From NCBI GenBank assembly GCA_964016885.1, contig OZ024741.1:8804001-8868000 (forward strand): a stretch of 64,000 nt of DNA. The letters run 5' to 3'. Origin of the DNA: Eledone cirrhosa. Taxonomy: Eukaryota. A model generated the notes under the pieces. The model ran no database searches. It was not told the DNA's origin and saw nothing but the letters and a program-made list of their open reading frames with translations. The position numbers and the translations under genes were made by a program. This document shows positions 12,901-23,800 of this stretch, piece after piece. Position 1 is the stretch's first letter; each line of letters opens with the position of its first letter.

Positions 12901-15430
12901 GCTGTATATCAGTCTGTCTTCCAGCCACTCTGTCTTCCACCACACTGTCATCCAGGTACTCTGTCTTCCAGCCTCTCTGTCTTCCAGTATCTTTGTCTTC
13001 ATATCAGTCTCTCTTCCAGCCACACTGTCTTCCAGTTTCTCTGTCTGTATATCAGTCTGTCTTCCAGCCTCTTTGTCTTCCAGCCACTCTGTCTGTATAT
13101 TAGTCTGTCTTCCAGACACTCTGTCTTCCAGCCACTCTCTCTTCCAGCCTCTCTGTCTTCCAGCCTCTCTGTCTGTATATTAGTCTGTCTCCGAACCTCT
13201 CTGTCTTCCAGCCACTCTGTCTTCCAGCCACTCTGTCTGTATATCAGTCTGTCTTCCAGCCTCTCTGTCTGTATATTAGTCTGTCTTCCAGCCTCTCTGT
13301 CTACAAGCCACTCTGTCTTCTAGCCTCTCTGTCTTCCAGCCTCTCTGTCTTCCAGCCACTCTGTCTGTATATCAGTCTGTCTTCCAGTCCCTCTGTCTGT
13401 ATATGAGACTGTCTTGCAGCCTCTCTGTCATCCAGCCACTCTGTCTTCCAGCCACTCTGTCTTCAAGCCAGTCGGTCATCCAGCCACTCTGTCTTCCAAC
13501 CTCTCTGTCTTCCAGCCACTCTGTCTTCCAGCCACTCTGTCTTCCAACCTCTCTGTCTTCCAGCCACTCTGTCTTCCAGCCTCTCTGTCTTCCAGCCGAA
13601 CTGTCTGTATACCAGACTGTCTTCCAGGCTCTCTGTCTTCCAGCCTCTCTGTCTTCCAGGCACTCTGTCTGTATATCAGTCTGTCTTCAGGCTTCTCTGT
13701 CTTCCAGCCACTCTGTCTTCCAGCCACTCTGTCTGTATATTATACTCTTTCTGAGCCTCTCTGTCTTCCAGCCACTCTGTCTTCTAGCCACTCTGTCTGT
13801 ATATCAGTCTGTCTTCTAGCCTCTCTGTCTTCCAGCCTCTCTGTCTGTATATCAGTCTGTCTTCCAGCCTCTCTGTCTTCCAGTCACTCTGTGTTCCAGC
13901 CACTCTGTCTGTATATCAGTCTGTCTTCCAGCCTCTCTGTCTTCCAGCCACTCAGTCTTCCAGACTCTCTGTCTTCCACCTTCTCTGTCTTCCAGCCACT
14001 GTGTCTGTATATCAGACTGTCTTCGAGCCTCTCTGTATTCCAGCCACTCTGTCTTCCAGCCACTCTGTCCGTATATCAATATGTCTTCCAGCCACTCTGT
14101 CTTCCAGACACTCTGTCTGTATATTAGTCTGTCTTCCAGCCTCTCTCTCTGTATATCACTCTGTCTTCCAGCCTCTCTGTCTTCCAGCCACTCTGTCTTC
14201 CAGCCACTCTGTCTTCCAGCCACTCTGTCTTCCAGCTAGTCTGTCTTCCAGCCTCTCTGTCTTCCAGCCTCTCTGTGTTCCAGTCTCTCTGTCTTCCAGC
14301 CAATCTGTCTTCCAGCCTCTCTGTCTTCCAGCCACTCTGTCTTCCAGCCTCTCTGTCTTCCAGTCTCTCTGTCTGTATATCAGTCTGTCTTCCAGCCAAT
14401 CAGTCTTCCAGTTTCTCTGTCTGTATATTAGTCTGTCTTCCATCCTCACTGTCTTCCAGCCACTCTGGGTGTATATCAGTCTGTCTTCCAGCCACTCTGT
14501 CTTCCAGTCGTTCTAACTGTATATCAGTCTGTCTTCCAGCCACTCTGTCTTCCACCACACTGTCATCCAGGCACTCTGTCTTCCAGCCTCTCTGTCTTCC
14601 AGTCTCTTTGTCTTCATATCAGTCTGTCTTCCAGCCACACTGTCTTCCAGTTTCTCTGTCTGTATATCAGTCTGTCTTCTGCCCTCTTTGTCTTCCAGCC
14701 AATCTGTCTGTATATTAGTCTGTCTTCCAGACACTCTGTCTTCCAGCCACTCTCTCTTCCAGCCTCTCTGTCTTACAGCCTCTCTGTCTGTATATTAGTC
14801 TGTCTCCGAACCTCTCTGTCTTCCAGCCACTCTGTCTTCCAGCCACTCTGTCTGTATATCAGTCTATCTTCCAGCCTCTCTGTCTTCCAGCCACTCTGTT
14901 ATTCCAGCCACTCTGTCTGTATATCAGTCTGTCTTCCAGCCTCTCTGTCTACAAGCCACTCTGTCTTCCAGCCACTCTGTCTGTATATCAGTCTGTCTTC
15001 CAGTACCTCTGTCTGTATATCAGTCTGTCATCCAGCCACTCTGTCTTCCAGCCACTCTGTCTTCCAGCCTCTCTGTCTTCCAGCCAATCTGTCTTCCAGC
15101 CACTCTGTCTGTATATCAGTCTGTATTCCAGTCCCTCTGTCTGTATATCAGTCTGTCATCCAGCCACTCTGTCTTCCAGCCACTCTGTCTTCAAGCCAGT
15201 CTGTCATCCAGCCACTCTGTCTTCCAACCTCTCTGTCTTCCAGCCACTCTGTCTTCCAGCCTCTCTGTCTTCCAGCCACTCTGTCTTCCAACCTCTCTGT
15301 CTTCCAGCCACTCTGTCTTCCAGCCTCTCTGTCTTCCAGCCACACTGTCTGTATACCAGACTGTCTTCCAGGCTCTCTGTCCTCCAGCCTCTCTGTCTTC
15401 CAGGCACTCTGTCTGTATATCAGTCTGTCT
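3170..15430. repeat. Tandem duplication of a ~6.1-kb block (copy 1 ~3170-9270, copy 2 ~9270-15430), each copy containing an internal ~2.6-kb repeat
   Basis: ORF offsets are 6111 (3386/9497, 4664/10775, 5251/11362, 6253/12364) and then 6143 (7271/13414, 8370/14513, 9061/15204). Internal offsets are 2607 (4664/7271) and 2639 (10775/13414). Confidence 0.9.
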
Positions 15431-18400
15431 TCAGACTTCTCTGTCTTCCAGCCACTCTGTCTGTATATCAGAGGGTTTTCCAGCCACTCTGTCTTCCAGC
15501 CTCTCTGTCTTCCAGCCACTCTGTCTTCCAGCCACTCTGTCTGTATATCATTCGGTCTTTCAGCCACTCTGTCATCCAGCCACTCTGTCTGTATATCAGT
15601 CTGTCTTCCAGCCTCTCTGTCTTCCAGCCTCTCTGTCTTCCAGCCACTCTGTCTGTAAATTATTCTGTTTCTGAGCCTCTCTGTCTTCCAGCCTCTCTGT
15701 CTTCCAGCCACTCTGTCTGTATATCAGTCTGTCTTCTAGCCTCTCTGTCTTCCAGCCTCTCTGTCTGTATATTAGTCTCTCTTCCAGCCTCTCTGTCTTC
15801 CAGCCACTCTGTCTTCCAGCCACTCTGTCTGTATATCAGTCTATCTTCCAGCCTCTCTGTCTTCCAGCCTCTCTGTCTTCCAGCCTCTCTGTCTTCCAGC
15901 CAATCAGTCTTTCAGACTATCTGTCTTCCAGCCTCTCTGTCTTCCAGCCACTGTGTCTGTATATCAGACTGTCTTCCAGCCTTTCTGTCTTCCAGCCACT
16001 CTGTCTTCCAGCCACTCTGTCTCTATATCAGTCTTTCTTCCAGCCACTCTGTCTTCCAGCCACTCTGTCTTCCAGACACTGTCTGTATATCAGTCTATCT
16101 TCCAGCCTCTCTGTCTGTATATCACTCTGTCTTACAGCCTCTCTGTCTTCCAGCCACTCTGTCTTCCAGCCACTCTGTCTTCCAGCCAGTCTGTCTTCCA
16201 GCCTCTCTGTCTTCCAGCCTCTCTGTCTTCCAGCCTCTCTGTCTTCCAGCCACTCTGTCTTCCAGCCTCTCTGTCTTCCAGCCACTCTGTCTTCCAGCCA
16301 CTCTGTCTTCCAGCCAGTCTGTCTTCCAGCCTCTCTGTCTTCCAGCCTCTCTGTGTTCCAGTCTCTCTGTCTTCCAGCCAATCTGTCTTCCAGCCTCTCT
16401 GTCTTCCAGCCACTCTGTCTTCCAGCCTCTCTGTCTTCCAGTCTCTCTGTCTGTATATCAGTCTGTCTTCCAGCCAATCAGTCTTCCAGTTTCTCTGTCT
16501 GTATATTAGTCTGTCTTCCATCCTCACTGTCTTCCAGCCACTCTGTCTTCCAGTCGTTCTAACTGTATATCAGTCTGTCTTCCAGCCACTCTGTCTTCCA
16601 CCACACTGTCATCCAGGCACTCTGTCTTCCAGCCTCTCTGTCTTCCAGTCTCTTTGTCTTCATATCAGTCTGTCTTCCAGCCACACTGTCTTCCAGTTTC
16701 TCTGTCTGTATATCAGTCTGTCTTCCGCCCTCTTTGTCTTCCAGCCAATCTGTCTGTATATTAGTCTGTCTTCCAGACACTCTGTCTTCCAGCCACTCTC
16801 TCTTCCAGCCTCTCTGTCTTCCAGCCTCTCTGTCTTCCAGCCTCTCTGTCTGTATATTAGTCTGTCTCCGAACCGCTCTGTCTTCCAGCCACTCTGTCTT
16901 CCAGCCACTCTGTCTGTATATCAGTCTATCTTCCAACCTCTCTGTCTTCCAGCCACTCTGTTATTCCAGCCACTCTGTCTGTATATCAGTCTGTCTTCCA
17001 GCCTCTCTGTCTACAAGCCACTCTGTCTTCCAGCCACTCTGTCTGTATATCAGTCTGTCTTCCAGTCCCTCTGTCTGTATATCAGTCTGTCATCCAGCCA
17101 CTCTGTCTTCCAGCCACTCTGTCTTCAAGCCAGTCTGTCATCCAGCCACTCTGTCTTCCAACCTCTCTGTCTTCCAGCCACTCTGTCTTCCAGCCTCTCT
17201 GTCTTCCAGCCACTCTGTCTTCCAACCTCTCTGTCTTCCAGCCACTCTGTCTTCCAGCCTCTCTGTCTTCCAGCCACACTGTCTGTATACCAGACTGTCT
17301 TCCAGGCTCTCTGTCCTCCAGCCTCTCGTGTTCCAGGCACTCTGTCTGTATATCAGTCTGTCTTCAGACTTCTCTGTCTTCCAGCCACTCTGTCTGTATA
17401 TCAGAGGGTTTTCCAGCCACTCTGTCTTCCAGCCTCTCTGTCTTCCAGCCACTCTGTCTTCCAGCCACTCTGTCTGTATATCAGTCTGTCTTTCAGCCAC
17501 TCTGTCATCCAGCCACTCTGTCTGTATATCAGTCTGTCTTCCAGCCTCTCTGTCTTCCAGCCTCTCTGTCTTCCAGCCACTCTGTCTGTAAATTATTCTG
17601 TTTCTGAGCCTCTCTGTCTTCCAGCCTCTCTGTCTTCCAGCCTCTCTGTCTTCCAGCCACTCTGTCTGTATATCAGTCTGTCTTCTAGCCTCTCTGTCTT
17701 CCAGCCTCTCTGTCTGTATATTAGTCTGTCTTCCAGCCTCTCTGTCTTCCAGCCACTCTGTGTTCCAGCCACTCTGTCTGTATATCAGTCTATCTTCCAG
17801 CCTCTCTGTCTACCAGCCTCTCTGTCTTCCAGCCTCTCTGTCTTCCAGCCTCTCTGTCTTCCAGCCACTGTGTCTGTATATCAGACTGTCTTCCAGCCTT
17901 TCTGTCTTCCAGCCACTCTGTCTTCCAGCCACTCTGTCTCTATATCAGTCTTTCTTCCAGCCACTCTGTCTTCCAGCCACTCTGTCTTCCAGACACTGTC
18001 TGTATATCAGTCTGTCTTCCAGCCTCTCTGTCTGTATATCACTCTGTCTTACAGCCTCTCTGTTTTCCAGCCACTCTGTCTTCCAGCCACTCTGTCTTCC
18101 AGCCAGTCTGTCTTCCAGCCTCTCTGTCTTCCAGCCTCTCTTTCTTCCAGCCTCTCTGTCTTCCAGCCACTCTGTCTTCCAGCCTCTCTGTCTTCCAGCC
18201 ACTCTGTCTTCCAGCCTCTCTGTCTTCTAGTCTCTCTGTCTGTATATCAGTCTGTCTACCAGCCAATCTGTGTTCCAGTTTCTCTGTCTGTATATTAGTC
18301 TGTCTTCCAGCCTCACTGTCTTCCAGCCACACTGGCTGTATATCAGTCTGTCTTCCAGCCACTCTGTCTTCCAGTCGTTCTAACTGTATATCAGTCTGTA

Positions 18401-19989
18401 TTCCAGCCACTCTGTCTTCCAGCCACACTGTCATCCAGCCACTCTGTCTTCCAGCCTCTCTGTTATTCCAGCCACTCTGTCTGTATATCAGTCTGTCTTC
18501 CAGACACACTGTCTTCCAGCCACACTGTCTTCCATCCTCTCTATCTTCCAGCCACTCTTTCTTCCAGCCTCTCTGTCTTCAAACTTCTCTGTCATCCAGC
18601 CACTCTGTCTGTATATTAGTCCGTCTCCGAACCTCTCTGTCTTCCAGCCACTCTGTCTTCCAGCTACTCTGTCTGTATATCAGTCTGTCTTCCAGCCTCT
18701 CTGTCTTTATATCAGTCTGTTTTCCAGCCTCTCTGTCTTCCAGCTACTCTGTCTGTATATCAGTCTGTCTTCCAGCCTCTCTGTCTTTATATCAGTCTGT
18801 CTTCCAGCCTCTCTGTCTTCCAGCCACTCTGTCTTCCAGCCACCCTGTCTGTATATCAGTGTGTCTCCCAGCCTCTCTGTCTTCCAGCCACTCTGTCTTC
18901 CAGCCACTCTGTCTGTATATCAGTCTGTCTTCCAGCCTCTCTGTCTTTCTATCAGTCTGTCTTGCAGCCTCTCTGTCTTCCAGCCACTCTGTCTTCCAGC
19001 CCCTCTGTCTGTATATCAGCCTGTCTTCCAGCCTCTCTGTCTTTCAGCCACTCTGTCTTCCAGCCAATCTGTCTTCCAGCCAGTCTGTCATCCAGCCACT
19101 CTGTCTTCCAGCCTCTCTGTCTTCCAGCCACTCTGTTTTCCAACCTCACTGTCTTCCAGCCACTCTGTCTTCCAGCCTCTCTGTCTTCCAGCCACACTGT
19201 CTGTATACCAGACTGTCTCCCAGCCTCACTGTCTTCCAGTCTCTCTGTCTTCCAGCCACTCTGTCTGTATATCAGTCTGTCTTCCAGCTTCTCTGTCATC
19301 CAGCCACTCTGTCTGTATATCAGTGGGTTTTCCAGCCTCTCTGTCTTCCAGCCTCTCTGTCTTCCAGCCACTCTGTCTTCCAGCCTCTCTGTCTTCCAGC
19401 CTCTCTGTCTGTATATCAGTCTGACTTACAGCCACTCTGTCTTCCACCACTCTGTCTGTATATCAGACTCTCTGCCAGCCTTTCTGTCTTCCAACTTCTC
19501 TGTCTTCCAGCCTTTCTGTCTGTATATCAGTCTGTCTTCCAGCCTCACTGTCTTCCAGCCACTCTGTCTTCTAGCCACTCTGTCTTCCGGCCAGTCTGAC
19601 ATCTAGCCACTCTGTCTTCCAAACTCTCTGTCTTCCAGACACTCTGTCTTCCAGCCTTTCTGTCTTCCAGCCACACTGTCTGTATATCAGACTGTCTTCC
19701 AGGCTATCTGTCTTCCAGCCTCTCTATCTTCCAGCCACTCTGTCTTCCAGCCACTCTGTCTGTATATCAGACTGTCTTCCAGCCTCTCTGTCTACCAGCC
19801 TCTCTGTCTTCCAGCTTCTCTGTCTTCCAGCGTATCTGTCTGTATATCAGTCTGTCTTCCAGCCTCTCTGTCTTTCAACCACTCTCTCTTCCAGCCTCTC
19901 TGTCTTCCAGCCACTCTGTCTTCCAGCCACTCTGTCTTCCAGCCTCTCTGTCTTCCAGTCTCTTTGTCTGTATATCAGTCTGTATTTCC

Positions 19990-22900
19990 AGCCACTTTCT
20001 CTTCCAGCCCCTCTGTCTTCCAGCCACTCTGTCTTCCAGCCACGCTGTCTGTATATCAGTCTGTCTTCCAGCCACTCTCTCTTCCAGCCTCTCTGTCTTC
20101 CAGCCACTCTGTCTGTATATCAGTCTGTCTTCTAGCCTCTCTGTCTTCCAGCCTCTCTGTCTGTATATCAGTCTGTCTTCCAGCCTCTCTGTCTTCCAGT
20201 AACTCTGTGTTCCAGCCACTCTGTCTGTATATCAGTCTGTCTTCCAGCCACTCTGTCTTCCAGCCACTCTGTCCGTATATCAATATGTCTTCCAGCCACT
20301 CTATCTTCCAGACACTCTGTCTGTATATCAGTCTGTCTTCCAGCCTCTCTCTCTGTATATCACTCTGTCTTCCAGCCTCTCTGTCTTCCAGCCACTCTGT
20401 CTTCCAGCCACTCTCTCTTCCAGCCAGTCTGTCTTCCAGCCTCTCTGTCTTCCAGCCACTCTGTCTTCCAGCCTCTCTGTCTTCCTGCCACTCTGTCTTC
20501 CAGCCTCTCTGTCTTCCAGTCTCTCTGTCTGTATATCAGTCTGTCTTTCAGCCAAATCAGTCTTCCAGTTTCTCTGTCTGTATATTAGTCTGTCTTCCAG
20601 CCACTCTGGGTGCATATCAGTCTGTCTTCCAGCCACTCTGTCTTCCAGTCGTTCTAACTGTATATCAGTCTGTCTTCCAGCCACTCTGTCTTCCACCACA
20701 CTGTCATCCAGGCACTCTGTCTTCCAGCCTCTCTGTCTTCCAGTATCTTTGTCTTCATATCAGTCTCTCTTCCAGCCACACTGTCTTCCAGTTTCTCTGT
20801 CTGTATATCAGTCTGTCTTCCAGCCTCTTTGTCTTCCAGCCACTCTGTCTGTATATTAGTCTGTCTTCCAGACACTCTGTCTTCCAGCCACTCTCTCTTC
20901 CAGCCTCTCTGTCTTCCAGCCTCTCTGTCTTCCAGCCTCTCTGTCTGTATATTAGTCTGTCTCCGAACCTCTCTGTCTTCCAGTCACTCTGTCTTCCAGC
21001 CACTCTGTCTGTATATCAGTCTGTCTTCCAGCCTCTCTGTCTGTATATCAGTCTGTCTTCCAGCCTCTCTGTCTACAAGCCACTCTGTCTTCTAGCCTCT
21101 CTGTCTTCCAGCCTCTCTGTCTTCCAGCCACTCTGTCTTCCAGCCACTCTGTCTGTATATCAGTCTGTCTTCCAGTCCCTCTGTCTGTATATCAGACTGT
21201 CTTGCAGCCTCTCTGTCATCCAGCCACTCTGTCTTCCAGCCACTCTGTCTTCAAGCCAGTCGGTCATCCAGCCACTCTGTCTTCCAACCTCTCTGTCTTC
21301 CAGCCACTCTGTCTTCCAGCCTCTCTGTCTTCCAGCCACTCTGTCTTCCAACCTCTCTGTCTTCCAGCCACTCTGTCTTCCAGCCTCTCTGTCTTCCAGC
21401 CAAACTGTCTGTATACCAGACTGTCTTCCAGGCTCTCTGTCTTCCAGCCTCTCTGTCTTCCAGGCACTCTGTCTGTATATCAGTCTGTCTTCAGGCTTCT
21501 CTGTCTTCCAGCCACTCTGTCTTCCAGCCACTCTCTCTTCCAGCCTCTCTGTCTTCCAGCCACTCTGTCTTCTATCCACTCTGTCTGTATATCAGTCTGT
21601 CTTCTAGCCTCTCTGTCTTCCAGCCTCTCTGTCTGTATATCAGTCTTTCTTCCAGCCTCTCTGTCTTCCAGTCACTCTGTGTTCCAGCCACTCTGTCTGT
21701 ATATCAGTCTGTCTTCCAGCCTCTCTGTCTTCCAGCCACTCAGTCTTCCAGACCCTCTGTCTTCCACCCTCTCTGTATTCCAGCCACTGTGTCTGTATAT
21801 CAGACTGTCTTCCAGCCTCTCTGTATACCAGCCACTCTGTCTTCCAACCACTCTGTCCGTATATCAATATGTCTTCCAGCCACTTTCTCTTCCAGCCCCT
21901 CTGTCTTCCAGCCACTCTGTCTTCCAGCCACGCTGTCTGTATATCAGTCTGTCTTCCAGCCACTCTCTCTTCCAGCCTCTCTGTCTGTATATCAGTCTGT
22001 CTTCCAGCCTCTCTGTCTTCCAGTAACTCTGTGTTCCAGCCACTCTGTCTGTATATCAGTCTGTCTTCCAGCCACTCTGTCTTCCAGCCACTCTGTCCGT
22101 ATATCAATATGTCTTCCAGCCACTCTGTCTTCCAGACACTCTGTCTGTATATCAGTCTGTCTTCCAGCCTCTCTCTCTGTATATCACTCTGTCTTCCAGC
22201 CTCTCTGTCTTCCAGCCACTCTGTCTTCCAGCCACTCTCTCTTCCAGCCAGTCTGTCTTCCAGCCAGTCTGTCTTCCAGCCAGTCTGTCTTCCAGCCTCT
22301 CTGTCTTCCAGTCTCTCTGTCTTCCAGCCACTCTGTCTTCCAGCCTCTCTGTCTTCCAGCCACTCTGTCTTCCAGCCTCTCTGTCTTCCAGTCTCTCTGT
22401 CTGTATATCAGTCTGACTTCCAGCCAAATCAGTCTTCCAGTTTCTCTGTCTGTATATTAGTCTGTCTTCCAGCCTCACTGTCTTCCAGCCACTCTGGGTG
22501 CATATCAGTCTGTCTTCCAGCCACTCTGTCTTCCAGTCGTTCTAACTGTATATCAGTCTGACTTCCAGCCACTCTGTCTTCCACAACACTGTCATCCAGG
22601 CACTCTGTCTTCCAGCCTCTCTGTCTTCCAGTATCTTTGTCTTCATATCAGTCTCTCTTCCAGCCACACTGTCTTCCAGTTTCTCTGTCTGTATATCAGT
22701 CTGTCTTCCAGCCTCTTTGTCTTCCAGCCACTCTGTCTGTATATTAGTCTGTCTTCCAGACACTCTGTCTTCCAGCCACTCTCTCTTCCAGCCTCTCTGT
22801 CTTCCAGCCTCTCTGTCTTCCAGCCTCTCTGTCTGTATATTAGTCTGTCTCCGATCCTCTCTGTCTTCCAGCCACTCTGTCTTCCAGCCACTCTGTCTGT

Positions 22901-23800
22901 ATATCAGTCTGTCTTCCAGCCTCTCTGTCTGTATATCAGTCTCTCTTCCAGCCTCTCTGTCTACAAGCCACTCTGTCTTCTAGCCTCTCTGTCTTCCAGC
23001 CTCTCTGTCTTCCAGCCACTCTGTCTTCCAGCCACTCTGTCTGTATATCAGTCTGTCTTCCAGTCCCTCTGTCTGTATATCAGACTGTCTTGCAGCCTCT
23101 CTGTCATCCAGCCACTCTGTCTTCCAGCCACTCTGTCTTCAAGCCAGTCGGTCATCCAGCCACTCTGTCTTCCAACCTCTCTGTCTTCCAGCCACTCTGT
23201 CTTCCAGCCTCTCTGTCTTCCAGCCACTCTGTCTTCCAACCTCTCTGTCTTCCAGCCACTCTGTCTTCCAGCCTCTCTGTCTTCCAGCCAAACTGTCTGT
23301 ATACCAGACTGTCTTCCAGGCTCTCTGTCTTCCAGGCACTCTGTCTGTATATCAGTCTGTCTTCAGGCTTCTCTGTCTTCCAGCCACTCTGTCTTCCAGC
23401 CACTCTCTCTTCCAGCCTCTCTGTCTTCCAGCCACTCTGTCTGTATATTATTCTGTTTCTGAGCCTCTCTGTCTTCCAGCCACTCTGTCTTCTATCCACT
23501 CTGTCTGTATATCAGTCTGTCTTCTAGCCTCTCTGTCTTCCAGCCTCTCTGTCTGTATATCAGTCTGTCTTCCAGCCTCTCTGTCTTCCAGTCACTCTGT
23601 GTTCCAGCCACTCTGTCTGTATATCAGTCTGTCTTCCAGCCTCTCTGTCTTCCAGCCACTCAGTCTTCCAGACTCTCTGTCATCCACCCTCTCTGTCTTC
23701 CAGCCTCTCTGTCTGTATATCAGTCTGTCTTCCAGCCTCTCTGTATTCCAGCCACTCTGTCTTCCAACCACTCTGTCCGTATATCAATATGTCTTCCAGC
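19990..23800. repeat. Tandem duplication of a ~1.9-kb block (1888 bp = 118 monomers)
   Basis: The rare marker CCACTTTCTCTTCCAGCCCCT...CCACGCTG occurs at 19992 and 21880. ORF offsets are 1888 (20654/22542, 20755/22643, 20829/22717, 21202/23090). Confidence 0.8.

Noticed and set aside
12950-12962. CCAGGTACT as a recursive-splicing AG|GT site
   Set aside because: It is a single private SNP in one duplicate copy, with a weak donor (GTACT), and is absent from the paralogous positions.
17321-17340. Odd 15-bp monomer CTCGTGTTCCAGGCA
   Set aside because: Singleton; it may be a private mutation or a consensus error and has no associated structure.
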